64,000 bases of DNA from an uncultured Alphaproteobacteria bacterium (lineage in GTDB: Bacteria; Pseudomonadota; Alphaproteobacteria; ATCC43930; CGMCC-115725), in the NCBI GenBank assembly GCA_963705325.1, contig OY970069.1, positions 4,199,172 through 4,263,171 on the forward strand, read 5' to 3'. Position 1 is the stretch's first letter; the number at the start of each line of letters is the position of its first letter. Shown here piece by piece: positions 36,282 through 45,668 of the stretch. Below the pieces are notes generated by a model. It made no database searches and was not told the origin of the DNA. It was given only the letters and a program-made list of their open reading frames with translations. The translations under genes were made by a program, and so were the position numbers.

Positions 36282-37217
36282 CTAAAACGCCACGTCGTCG
36301 CCGCCCTTGAGGGCGAGCAATTTGCGGGCCTCATCGGGGGTAGCAATTTCCAGCGACAGGTTTTCGAGAATGGTGCGGATGCGAGTGACCTGGTCGGCAT
36401 TGCCCTGGGCGAGTTGGCCCCGGCCGAGCCACAATGAATCCTCAAGGCCGACGCGCACGTTGCCGCCCATGATCGCGCCCATCGTGACGAACGGCATCTG
36501 GTGGCGCCCGGCGGCGAGGATCGACCAGGCGTAATCGTCGCCGAACAGCTTGTCGGCGATCTTCTTCATGTGGACGAGGTTCTCATGGTCGGCGCCGATG
36601 CCGCCGAGGATGCCGAAGATCGTCTGGATAAAGAGCGGCGGCTTCAACAACCCGCGATCGACGAAATGCGCCAAGTTGTAGAGATGACCGACATCGTAAC
36701 ACTCATGCTCGAACCGTGTGCCGCATTCCTCGCCCAGCCGCTTCAGCACCTTTTCGATGTCGGCAAAGGTGTTGCGGAAGATGAAATCGCGCGTCATCTC
36801 CAGCGCCTTCGGCTCCCAGTCGTATTTCCATTCCTTGTAGCGGTCGAGCATCGGGTATAGCCCGAAATTCATCGACCCCATGTTCATCGAGCACATCTCC
36901 GGCCTGGCGCGCAGCGGTGCCGCCAGCCGCTCCTCGAGCGTCATGCCGTGCCCGCCGCCGGTAGTGATGTTGACGACGGCGTTGGTCGCCTGTTTGATCC
37001 GCGGCAGGAACTGCATGAAAACGTCAGGATCGGGAGTGGGTCGCCCGTCCTTGGGGTCACGCGCGTGCAGATGCAGGATCGCGGCGCCGGCCTCCGCTGC
37101 CGCGATAGCGTCGCGAGCCACCTCGTCGGGGGTGAGCGGCAAATAGGGGCTCATCGTCGGGGTGTGGATCGAGCCGGTCACCGCGCAGGTAATGATGACT
37201 TTGCTTTTCAACGGCAT
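36282..37217 (-). CDS. beta-keto acid cleavage enzyme (BKACE/DUF849, 3-keto-5-aminohexanoate cleavage enzyme family)
   Basis: 311 aa; ITCAVTGSIHTPTMSPYLP...HLHARDP..GRPT is typical BKACE. Confidence 0.85.
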   Translation of the reverse strand: MPLKSKVIITCAVTGSIHTPTMSPYLPLTPDEVARDAIAAAEAGAAILHLHARDPKDGRPTPDPDVFMQFLPRIKQATNAVVNITTGGGHGMTLEERLAAPLRARPEMCSMNMGSMNFGLYPMLDRYKEWKYDWEPKALEMTRDFIFRNTFADIEKVLKRLGEECGTRFEHECYDVGHLYNLAHFVDRGLLKPPLFIQTIFGILGGIGADHENLVHMKKIADKLFGDDYAWSILAAGRHQMPFVTMGAIMGGNVRVGLEDSLWLGRGQLAQGNADQVTRIRTILENLSLEIATPDEARKLLALKGGDDVAF

Positions 37218-37247
37218 AGGCGTCCTCCCAAAATTCTTCGCCGACGG

Positions 37248-38291
37248 TCAGCGCGGCGGTGTCGCCGCGACCCCGCCGCGCAATTCGTGGACGACGACGC
37301 CGAGCCGACGCGGCGGCGGAGCCAACCACAGGGGATGGGTAAGGCTGGTGCCAACGTCGCTTTCGCCAGCCTGCCAGCGCCGCATCAGCGAAGCGGACGA
37401 GAAATCCGCCATCTTTGCCGGAAGATCAGCGCCAGCGCCTTCGTGCACGAGGCGCAGAATTGTCATCGTCGCCTCGCTCGCCTCGGCGAGACATTTTCTG
37501 ATCTCGGGGTCGCGGCGCAAGCCCGCGGGGAGGCGCTCGCCCAGCAGCGCAATCATCCGCCGCAAATCGTGGTTGCGCCGCATCGCGGCGATCTCGCGCG
37601 CTGAGCGGCTGATCCCGCCACGCGGGCCCGGCTGCGGGTCGTAACCATCTATAACAAAGCATAGCGTGTCGGCGGGGCGGGCATCGTCGAGCGGTGCGAC
37701 TGACACCGCACTGCCGCCATAGCGCTGTCCGTCGATGGTAATCGGCGCGAGGCCAGGTAAGGCGGTGCTCGCAAGCACATGCTCAATTCCGAGCACGTGG
37801 CGATCGTTGTCGAATAAGGTTTCGGCGCCGGTGTCGAGATTGGCGGCGCCAAGCACGACGCGCACATTGCCCGAGTTGACCCGCTCGAAGTCGACGACCT
37901 CGTCAATCAACTCGCGCAATTCCTCGGCGGAAATGACGGGCCCTCCATGAGGCACAGCGTTGCCCGCACGGCGCCGCGGCGGAAGCGCGCCCAGGACCAG
38001 ATCACGCAATCTTTGCGGCAGCCCGACCGTGCGGCTTATTGCGGCGCGGCGGCTCAGCTCGCGCCAGAACTGGCGCAGCCGGAACGCGCGCTCATGTGGC
38101 AGATTGCCGGCGATAATAACAGCGTTGACCGCGCCGATAGCGCTGCCCGCGATCCAGTTGGGCCTGATCCCCGAATTTTCGAGTGCCGCGTATGCCCCTG
38201 CCTGGTAGGCGCCGAGCGCGCCGCCATCCGACAGCACCAGCGCGATTTGGTTGAAACGAGCCAAATTCTTCTCGGATCGCGCGCGCGCCAA
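37248..38291 (-). CDS. patatin-like protein with degenerate catalytic motifs
   Basis: The patatin fold is recognisable (IALVLSDGGALGAYQAG...IAGSAIGAVNAVIIAGN...ITIDGQRYGGSAVSVAPL). GGG, GxSxG and DGG are all altered. Confidence 0.75.
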   Translation of the reverse strand: MARARSEKNLARFNQIALVLSDGGALGAYQAGAYAALENSGIRPNWIAGSAIGAVNAVIIAGNLPHERAFRLRQFWRELSRRAAISRTVGLPQRLRDLVLGALPPRRRAGNAVPHGGPVISAEELRELIDEVVDFERVNSGNVRVVLGAANLDTGAETLFDNDRHVLGIEHVLASTALPGLAPITIDGQRYGGSAVSVAPLDDARPADTLCFVIDGYDPQPGPRGGISRSAREIAAMRRNHDLRRMIALLGERLPAGLRRDPEIRKCLAEASEATMTILRLVHEGAGADLPAKMADFSSASLMRRWQAGESDVGTSLTHPLWLAPPPRRLGVVVHELRGGVAATPPR

Positions 38292-38366
38292 AACCCTCTC
38301 CTGCCGTCGCCGACCACATCATGCGAAACGGCAAACCGAGCGTCCAGTGCCGAAAGAACAGGGCGA

Positions 38367-39296
38367 TTAGTTGTTTTTGTCGAAACGCTTAGGCGGAAGG
38401 GATTTGAGGTAGATGGCGATCGCGCGGCGGTCATCATCGGTGAGCCGCGCGGTATTGCGCACGATTTCGGCCATCGACCCGCCGAGAACATCGAAATCCG
38501 GCGTGCCGCCGGTTTCTAGAGCCGTGACGATATCGTCGACGCTCCAGTTGCCGATTCCGGTCTTATCGGGAGTGATATTCGGCGCTCTTTTGCTGGCAAT
38601 GGCATCCTTTGACCCGGCCAACTCGCGGCTCGGATCGGGGACACCGAACCAGGTACGCGGCGTATGGCAGTTCCCGCAATAGCCGACCGTACGGACGAGA
38701 TAGGCGCCGCGCGCGATCATATGATCCTGGGGGACTGGCGGCGGAGACGAACTGGATGCGATTGTCACGCCGACCGCGTCGCGCGCTCGCGCAATCAGAG
38801 CCAGCGAGTTGGCCCTACCCAGGCCTGGCCGCGCCAACGGGGCCAGAGTGTCGAGATAAGCCTTGAGGTCCGCGAGATTAGCATCTGTCAGACGACCGAA
38901 ATAGGGAAATGGGAATGCTGTCACGTACTGCGTGCCATCGGGGGCGATTCCCCAGCGCATCGCCCGCTTGAAATCGGCGAAACTCCAGCCGCCGATGCCG
39001 GTCGCCTTGTCGGGGGTAATGTTCGGCGTAGTGATAATCCCAAACTCGGTGACTAGCGCGCGGCCACCGGCATAAAGCGGGCCGCCATTCTTCCCATCGG
39101 TATGGCAATTGTCGCAACCGGCCGCGGCTGCGAGATAGGCGCCGCGCGAGACCGACGCCGGGTCGGCAACCGCGACAGCGGCCGCCGACACGACAAACGC
39201 GACAGCCAAGAGCAGGGCCCGACGGGAGACGCCCAGCCTAGGAGGGCTCGCTAGGAGGGTCTTTTCAGAGTGAACGTGCTGTGACACCCGCCGCAA
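38367..39296 (-). CDS. dihaem cytochrome c (dehydrogenase cytochrome subunit-like)
   Basis: Two CxxCH sites (CDNCH, CGNCH) and the NITPD..TGIG.WS motif twice. The N-terminus overlaps the upstream gene, so the true start is probably downstream of 39296. Confidence 0.8.
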   Translation of the reverse strand: MRRVSQHVHSEKTLLASPPRLGVSRRALLLAVAFVVSAAAVAVADPASVSRGAYLAAAAGCDNCHTDGKNGGPLYAGGRALVTEFGIITTPNITPDKATGIGGWSFADFKRAMRWGIAPDGTQYVTAFPFPYFGRLTDANLADLKAYLDTLAPLARPGLGRANSLALIARARDAVGVTIASSSSPPPVPQDHMIARGAYLVRTVGYCGNCHTPRTWFGVPDPSRELAGSKDAIASKRAPNITPDKTGIGNWSVDDIVTALETGGTPDFDVLGGSMAEIVRNTARLTDDDRRAIAIYLKSLPPKRFDKNN

Positions 39297-39754
39297 GCGC
39301 CTGGATTCGGAGAGGAGGTGCCCCAGAAATCCCTCGTCATATTACCCGCCGCCGCCTTGATGGCGTCCTTGTCATCACCCTTCAGCACGGCATTGAGTGC
39401 TTCGGCCGCGGTCAAAGCATTCTTGTCCGCCTCGACGAACTTGTCATGATCGGACCAGATCGCCGGCTTCGCAAATGACTTGCCGGGATACGCGTCCAGC
39501 CCGGTTCCCTTCGGAAATAGGTCGGGAATTTTGGCAATCCGAGTTGCCAAATCGGCGCCGGCCGACTGCGCCGCGGCGAGGTCCGCCTTGTCTTCCAGGA
39601 AGGCTCGAATCGTGGCGATGTCCTTGAACTGTGCCTTCATGTGGGCTTGCCGCTCGTCAATGATGCTGGCGTCATCGGAGCGCGCCGCGCCGGCATAGAG
39701 TCCCACCAAGACCACAATCGCGGGAAGAACAATCCATTTGGCCGACTGTTTCAT
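39251..39754 (-). CDS. class II cytochrome c (cytochrome c-prime / c556 family)
   Basis: Signal peptide, helical body and a single C-terminal CGGCH. Confidence 0.8.
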   Translation of the reverse strand: MKQSAKWIVLPAIVVLVGLYAGAARSDDASIIDERQAHMKAQFKDIATIRAFLEDKADLAAAQSAGADLATRIAKIPDLFPKGTGLDAYPGKSFAKPAIWSDHDKFVEADKNALTAAEALNAVLKGDDKDAIKAAAGNMTRDFWGTSSPNPGACGGCHSTFTLKRPS

Positions 39755-39942
39755 GCCTCCCTCTCCCTCCGTTTGGTGAAGGACAGTAGCGGTGTGCCCG
39801 ACGAAAGCAACCGTACTCGAACGCGCTCACGCTCAAGTGAAAATACTCGCTAAACTCGGCTCTCTCGCTTTGTGTTACAGCGCGACTGGGGGACTTTGGA
39901 CATCGCCATGCCTTCGAAGGGCCGGATGAAAAGGAATGTGGC

Positions 39943-41709
39943 GTGACCGCGCCAGCGATCTCGTCGAGCAGCATATGGTCTGAACTTGTCCGGCGTGGGC
40001 CGGCTATCGTGCGCCGACTTCGGCTCGCGAGCGGGCTGATCATGTTCACGTACGTTTTTCTGCATTTTATCAACCACAGCCTCGGGAACATTTCGTTCGA
40101 GGCGATGGAGAGCGGCGCCGTGATTCAGGAGTGGATATGGCGCAGTACCATCGGCACAGTTGCGCTCTACGGTGCGTTCGCGGTCCATTTCTCACTCGCG
40201 TTCTGGGCGCTCTACATCCGCCGCAGTATGCGCATGGGGTGCATCGAGGCGCTCCGACTCGCTCTCGGATTCCTGATCCCCTTACAGCTTTTTCAGCACG
40301 CGCTCGGCTGGCGCCTCGGCTACAGCGCGTTCGACGTCCATTTGCTTTATCGCCACGCTCTCTTCTCCTACTTCACCCTCGACCCGCTTCGGGGGCTTGC
40401 GCAGAGCGCCCTGTTCTGCGTTGCCTGGCTGCACGGGTGCATCGGTCTCTATTTGTGGCTGCGGGTCAAACGGCACTTTCACCGGATAGCGCCGTTTCTG
40501 CTCGTCATCGCCGTCCTGCTGCCGACTGTCGCGGCGCTAGGCGTCTTTCAAGGCGCCCGCCGGGTCGCGGACATGTTCCGCAACGATCCGGCCTTCGCCA
40601 ACAATGTCCGCCAGACGGGAATGCGAAGTCACCCGCAGGACCTCGCCGCGATCCGAGCGATCGAACTGTGGTGTCTAGGCGGATATACCGGCGCGCTCGT
40701 CCTTCTTTTCGCCGCGCGCGGCACCCGCTCGCTTATCGAGCGCCGACGCGGCAGAGTGCGGATTACTTATCCCGACGGGCGCAGTGTGCGCATCCCGAAG
40801 GGGCTGAGCGTGCTCGATGCCAGCCGCCGCGCCGGCATCCCCCATGCTTCGGTCTGCGGCGGCCGGGCACGCTGTACAACCTGCCGAGTGCGCGTGCTGC
40901 TCGGGTCGGAGCACCTGGGACCGCCATCGCCCGAAGAGGCTCGTGTGCTAAGTCCGCTCGGCGCGGATCGCGCGGTGCGGCTCGCGTGTCAACTCAAGCC
41001 AACGACCGATATCAGCGTCTGGCCGCTGCTGCCGCCGGAAATCACCATGCGCGACCAGGACCGCCTCAACTTGGTCGAAACCGGTGCGGAGCGCTTCGTC
41101 GCGATCCTGTTCGTCGATATCCGCTCCTCGACGCAACTGGTCGAAAGCCGTCTGCCCTACGATGTCGTATTCATCCTCAATCGCTTTTTCGAGGCGGTCG
41201 GCAGCGCCATTATCGGAGTTGGCGGCAGGCCCACTCAGTTCATCGGCGACGGCATGATGGCGATTTTCGGCACCGACACTGATGCCGCCGCGGCCTGCCG
41301 ACAGGCGTTGGAAGCAGCTCGCCTGATCGACTGGCACCTGGCCGAGATGAACCGAGCGCTGGCAAACGAGTTGCAGCAGCCGATCGGCTTCGGCATCGGC
41401 ATTCATGCCGGCGAGGTCATCATTGGCACGATGGGCTATCGCGAGCACGCGCAGATGACCGCGATCGGCGAAGCTGTCCACGTCGCCTCGCGGCTGCAAG
41501 AGCTCACCAAGGAATACCGCTGCCAGCTCGTCGTTTCAGACGTCGTTGTGACAACGGCCAGCGTCTCACTCGACGCATGGTCTAGCCATAGCGTTCAGGT
41601 GCGCGGTCTCAGCGCGCCGCTGGTGATCCGGACAATCGACAGCGCGGCGATGCTCGGAGCCTACGATAATCCGGAAAACAACAGCAAATCGCTGCTGACG
41701 GTCACGTGA
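39943..41709 (+). CDS. membrane His-rich 6-TM domain / [2Fe-2S] ferredoxin domain / class III adenylate-guanylate cyclase
   Basis: Six predicted TMs with conserved His (FLHFINHSLG, AVHFSLAFW, LFQHALGW, WLHGCIG). CGGRARCTTCRV...LACQL is a plant-type 2Fe-2S pattern. FVAILFVDIRSST...FIGDGMMAIFG...IHAGEVIIG is the cyclase core. Confidence 0.85.
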   Translation: MTAPAISSSSIWSELVRRGPAIVRRLRLASGLIMFTYVFLHFINHSLGNISFEAMESGAVIQEWIWRSTIGTVALYGAFAVHFSLAFWALYIRRSMRMGCIEALRLALGFLIPLQLFQHALGWRLGYSAFDVHLLYRHALFSYFTLDPLRGLAQSALFCVAWLHGCIGLYLWLRVKRHFHRIAPFLLVIAVLLPTVAALGVFQGARRVADMFRNDPAFANNVRQTGMRSHPQDLAAIRAIELWCLGGYTGALVLLFAARGTRSLIERRRGRVRITYPDGRSVRIPKGLSVLDASRRAGIPHASVCGGRARCTTCRVRVLLGSEHLGPPSPEEARVLSPLGADRAVRLACQLKPTTDISVWPLLPPEITMRDQDRLNLVETGAERFVAILFVDIRSSTQLVESRLPYDVVFILNRFFEAVGSAIIGVGGRPTQFIGDGMMAIFGTDTDAAAACRQALEAARLIDWHLAEMNRALANELQQPIGFGIGIHAGEVIIGTMGYREHAQMTAIGEAVHVASRLQELTKEYRCQLVVSDVVVTTASVSLDAWSSHSVQVRGLSAPLVIRTIDSAAMLGAYDNPENNSKSLLTVT

Positions 41710-42324
41710 TCGGCATGACAATGTGGTTTTTGAAGCCGAGCGGTCGCAGAAGCGGTCGTACCAGGCCTTTAGGTGCGGCAGCCTGGGTCGCTCGATCGGG
41801 TAGTTGAACCAGCGATAGATATGCGTGCCGAGCGCGATCTCGGCCAGCGACAGCGACTGCCCGCCAAGATAGGGCTGGTTCGCGACCGCGTCATCGATGA
41901 TCTCCCAAGCGGTAATGGCGCGGCGCCGCGCCGCTTCGATCGCGGCGGCGTCGCGGGTCTCTGGGGCGGAGCGAATCAGCCCCTGAAGCAACGCGCCCAT
42001 CGGCGCGCCGATGACCGAGAGCTGCCAGTCCATCCAACGCTCGACGTGGGTGCGGGCCGCGAAATCGGCGGGATACAGACTATCGCCGTTCGGGTGCGTA
42101 TTGCACAGATAGCGGCAGATCGTGTTCGATTCCCACATCACCAGGTCGCCTTCGATGACCGTCGGCACCAGCCCGTTGGGGTTCAGCTTCAGATATTCGG
42201 GATCGCGGTTGCCCCCGAACGGGCCGCCGTGATCGACCCGGTCGTATTGGATGTTCAGCTCGGCGCAGGTCCACAGCACCTTTTGCACGTTCGACGATGT
42301 CGTACGGCCCCATATCTTCAGCAT
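41566..42324 (-). CDS. gstB: GstB-like glutathione S-transferase; C-terminus altered by an apparent 1-nt deletion near 41733
   Basis: MLKIWGRTTSSNVQKVLW...NPNGLVPT..WESN. After ..WYDRFCDRSA the frame yields a junk 55-aa tail. The adjacent frame reads FKNHIVMPIT-stop, matching the GstB C-terminus, with its stop at 41702. Confidence 0.8.
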   Translation of the reverse strand: MLKIWGRTTSSNVQKVLWTCAELNIQYDRVDHGGPFGGNRDPEYLKLNPNGLVPTVIEGDLVMWESNTICRYLCNTHPNGDSLYPADFAARTHVERWMDWQLSVIGAPMGALLQGLIRSAPETRDAAAIEAARRRAITAWEIIDDAVANQPYLGGQSLSLAEIALGTHIYRWFNYPIERPRLPHLKAWYDRFCDRSASKTTLSCRSRDRQQRFAVVFRIIVGSEHRRAVDCPDHQRRAETAHLNAMARPCVE

Positions 42325-42435
42325 CTGAGCCTCCGTATTTGCTGGCGGCATGGAGCCTTAGAATCCGGGCGAGCGCAACCGTCCGCTCGGTGTATAGTTC
42401 GCCCATTCGAGATGCCTCTTTTGGGCAGAGCAGTG

Positions 42436-42684
42436 ATGATCCGCCGGTTAGGCCCCGTGACTTTTGCGCTCGTCGCGTTGATGCCGGCGGTCAGCCTTGC
42501 CGACGGCCAGGGTGAGCAGCTCATGAAGAGATGGGCCGGCGCGGATCGCTGTTCGCAGCAGGCGTACCGGGCCTTCCCCGACTACACCGCCGAGTCGCTT
42601 GCCAAGCGCGACCAGGCGTTCCAGCAATGCCTGGCGAACGGCAACCTGCCGCCGCGCGACATCCCGCCGCCCAACAAGCCCTAA
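42436..42684 (+). CDS. small secreted hypothetical protein (82 aa)
   Basis: Signal peptide MIRRLGPVTFALVALMPAVSLA. Only the last 82 codons of the long ORF 41773..42684 are not antisense to the GST. Confidence 0.45.
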   Translation: MIRRLGPVTFALVALMPAVSLADGQGEQLMKRWAGADRCSQQAYRAFPDYTAESLAKRDQAFQQCLANGNLPPRDIPPPNKP

Positions 42685-42690
42685 GCGAAA

Positions 42691-43896
42691 TCAGCGAAGC
42701 TTCGGCAGCTGCAAGAGCTGCCAGACATCGGTCAGCGCGGTGACCAGCGCGTCGATATCCTCGTCGCTGTGCAGCGGCGTCGGGGTTACGCGCAGCCGTT
42801 CGGTGCCGCGAGGCACCGTCGGGTAGTTGATAGGCTGCACATAGACTTGGTGATCGCGCAGTAGCAGGTCGGAGGCCGTCCGGCACATCGCCGCGTCGCC
42901 GACCATTACCGGCACGATATGACTGTCGTTGGCCATGACCGGGATCGATGCCTCCGTCAGGCAACGCTTGACCGTCGCGACGCGCTCCCGCTGCTGGGTC
43001 CGCTCGGCCTGGCTTTCCCTCAGATGCCTCACCGCGGCGAGCGCGCCCGCCGCCAACAGCGGCGGCAGCGACGAGGTGAAGATGAATCCCGGCGCATGGC
43101 CGCGCAAGAAATCGATCATCAGCGACGAGCCGGCGACATAGCCGCCCATCGTGCCGAACGCCTTGGCCAGCGTGCCTTGGATTACCGTCAGGCGGGCAGA
43201 TGCGCCATCGCGCTCGGAAACGCCACCCCCATGATCGCCGTAGAGACCGACGGCGTGCACTTCGTCGAGATAGGTCATCGCGCCATGACGCTCGGCGACA
43301 TCGCAGATGTCGTTGAGCGGCGCGATGTCGCCGTCCATCGAGTAAACCGACTCGAAGCAGACAAGTTTCGGACGCTCGGAGGGTAATCCCGCCAACAGCT
43401 CCTCGAGATGCGCGACGTCGTTGTGCCGGAAGATGACGCGCTCGGCCCGACTATTGCGGATGCCGGCGATCATCGAGGCATGGTTCATCGCGTCGGACAG
43501 CACCACCATGCCCGGCATGCTGCCGGCAAGGGTCGACAGCGCCGCCTCGTTGGCGACAAAGCCGGAGGTGAAGACGAGCGCCGCCTCGCGTCCGTGCAGA
43601 TCGGCGAGCTCACGTTCCAGCAGCACATGGGCGTGGCTGGTGCCGGAGATGTTGCGTGTGCCGCCAGCGCCCGCGCCACTGCGGCGCATCTCGGCCTCCA
43701 TCGCCGCCAGCACCGCCGGGTGCTGCCCCATGCCGAGATAATCGTTCGAACACCACACCGTGACCTCGGCACCCAAGCGGTGATCGTAGGCGCGGGGGAA
43801 CCGGCCGCGGCGCCGCTCCAGATCGGCGAAGACGCGGTAGCGCCCTTCGCTGTGGAGCGCGTCAAGCCGCTCTTTGAAAAAGGTGTCGAAATCCAT
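42691..43896 (-). CDS. hemA: 5-aminolevulinate synthase
   Basis: [28 protein letters not shown]...[14 protein letters not shown]; 401 aa. Confidence 0.95.
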   Translation of the reverse strand: MDFDTFFKERLDALHSEGRYRVFADLERRRGRFPRAYDHRLGAEVTVWCSNDYLGMGQHPAVLAAMEAEMRRSGAGAGGTRNISGTSHAHVLLERELADLHGREAALVFTSGFVANEAALSTLAGSMPGMVVLSDAMNHASMIAGIRNSRAERVIFRHNDVAHLEELLAGLPSERPKLVCFESVYSMDGDIAPLNDICDVAERHGAMTYLDEVHAVGLYGDHGGGVSERDGASARLTVIQGTLAKAFGTMGGYVAGSSLMIDFLRGHAPGFIFTSSLPPLLAAGALAAVRHLRESQAERTQQRERVATVKRCLTEASIPVMANDSHIVPVMVGDAAMCRTASDLLLRDHQVYVQPINYPTVPRGTERLRVTPTPLHSDEDIDALVTALTDVWQLLQLPKLR

Positions 43897-43975
43897 CGTC
43901 AGCGGTATCGCGGAAAACGCTTAAGGATATCATATCGCGCGCGCCGCGCCATTGGACGCACTGTCGCGGAGCCAA

Positions 43976-44275
43976 CTACTTTCTCGGCGTGCAGGCAAAA
44001 GTAATGCGGTCCGGCACGGCGAGTGGACAGACGTCGAGCCAGTAGTCGTCGCCAGTGACCCGCTTGGCCACGGTATTGCCAATGCATTCCGCCTGAGCCG
44101 CTTGTTGAACCTGCTGGGGGCTCGTCTTAAGCGGGTTGGCGCAGATCCCCACCCGTTGACGCGGGTCCCTCACGCCTTTCGCCGGGCCGGCCGGCGCCGT
44201 CGAAAAGGGCGTGAATGCATTGCACCCGCAAACCAAGCCAGCGGTCAGTGTGACCAGAAGGCGCAATATTGTCAT
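43976..44275 (-). CDS. hypothetical lipoprotein
   Basis: Lipobox LVCGC and six Cys. 4-nt overlap with the amidase stop. Confidence 0.5.
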   Translation of the reverse strand: MTILRLLVTLTAGLVCGCNAFTPFSTAPAGPAKGVRDPRQRVGICANPLKTSPQQVQQAAQAECIGNTVAKRVTGDDYWLDVCPLAVPDRITFACTPRK

Positions 44276-45558
44276 GCCGCGTCCGCCAGCGCGCGCTCCG
44301 CAAACAGCGCCGCCTCCATCAGTCGTGTATCCTCGCCGATGCGGCCGACAAACTGGATACCGACGGGTAGCCCCTTATCACCGCGCCCCGCAGGCACTGT
44401 GACGCAAGGCACGCCCAGCGCCGTCCACATGCGGTTGAAGATTGGGCTGCCGGTGCTGCCGAGCCCCTCGGGCGCTTCACCCTGCGCCGCCGGCACGATG
44501 ACCGCGGCGCAGTCGCCAAAGAAGCGGTCAAGCCGTGCTCGCGCCGCGGCCACCGTGCCGCGCGCTGCGTCATACTCGCCGGCGCCGATCGCCATCCCAT
44601 AATCGAGCATCTGCGCCAGCACTGGCGAGATCAGAGTGGCGCGCTCGGTCCGCTCCCAGGCCAGCGAGCACGCCATCTCGAAGCGCATGATCTTGTCCTG
44701 CGCCTCAGCAAGCCCGCGATGCTCATCCGGAACCGTGACGTCGTCGACTCGCGCGCCGGCCGCCAGCAATGCTGCTCGCGCCCGATCAAGCGCGGCGATT
44801 GTCGCGGGCGCGGCTTCGTCCCACATCGGCGTGCGGCACAGCCCGAAACGCGGCGGCAGCGGCGCGCTGACCTCGCGCAGATCGCGCCGATCGGTCAAGA
44901 CGCCGATGAAGAATGCTGCGTCCTCGACCCGGCGCGCCATGCAGCCGACGGTATCGAGACTGTCCGCCAGCGCCTTGACGCCGGCGCGCGCCACCAAGCC
45001 AAAGCTCGGCTTGTAGCCGACCACGCCGCAATAGGCCGCCGGCCGGATAATCGAGCCGGCGGTTTGCGTGCCGAAAGCGAGCGGTACCATACCCGCGGCT
45101 ACTGCCGCCGCCGATCCGCTCGACGAGCCGCCGGGCGTATGCGCCGGGTTATGAGGGTTCGCGGTCTTGCCGGGGAAAAACGCGGCGAACTCGGTAGTGA
45201 CGGTCTTGCCGAGCACAACCGCTCCGGCCGCGCGCGCCAGCGCCACGCAGGATGCGTCCGAGGCTGGGCGATGCCTGTTGTAGATTGGCGATCCGTAGCT
45301 TGTCGGCATGTCGACGGTGTCGATCAGGTCCTTGACCGCGATGGGAATACCGTGGAGCGGACCGCCCGAGCCTTCGCGGTCGCGTTGGCGCGCCCCTGCC
45401 AGTGCCTGCTCTCGATCGAAATACTGCCAGGCGCCGACGACCGCCTCCTGCGCCTCGATCATCTCGATCCAGGCGGTGGCGCATTCCTCTGCGGTAAGCC
45501 GCCCCTCCGCGATCTCCCGCGCGGCCTCGCGGACGCTCAACGATGCCGGATCGGGCAT
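44272..45558 (-). CDS. amidase (amidase-signature family)
   Basis: GGSSSGSAAAVAAG signature; 428 aa. Confidence 0.85.
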   Translation of the reverse strand: MPDPASLSVREAAREIAEGRLTAEECATAWIEMIEAQEAVVGAWQYFDREQALAGARQRDREGSGGPLHGIPIAVKDLIDTVDMPTSYGSPIYNRHRPASDASCVALARAAGAVVLGKTVTTEFAAFFPGKTANPHNPAHTPGGSSSGSAAAVAAGMVPLAFGTQTAGSIIRPAAYCGVVGYKPSFGLVARAGVKALADSLDTVGCMARRVEDAAFFIGVLTDRRDLREVSAPLPPRFGLCRTPMWDEAAPATIAALDRARAALLAAGARVDDVTVPDEHRGLAEAQDKIMRFEMACSLAWERTERATLISPVLAQMLDYGMAIGAGEYDAARGTVAAARARLDRFFGDCAAVIVPAAQGEAPEGLGSTGSPIFNRMWTALGVPCVTVPAGRGDKGLPVGIQFVGRIGEDTRLMEAALFAERALADAA

Positions 45559-45668
45559 TTTTCCTCCCCGCGCTCCAACGATCGGGGCAACCTATCCCGG
45601 CCCAATCCATGCGGGAAGAGACATCGAACCCCTTGCGGGAGCACCGGCGGCTGGGCAGTGTGCCGGCG

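Noticed and set aside
37248-41709. Patatin plus nucleotide cyclase as a CBASS-like anti-phage module
   Set aside because: The cyclase is a class III adenylate/guanylate cyclase, not a CD-NTase. The two genes are separated by two cytochrome genes and sit on opposite strands. The patatin appears catalytically degenerate. No mobile-element or defence-island context is present.
41773-42435. 5-prime two thirds of the 303-aa plus-strand ORF
   Set aside because: It is antisense to the GST gene. Only the last 82 codons, which carry a signal peptide and lie beyond the GST start, are plausibly coding.
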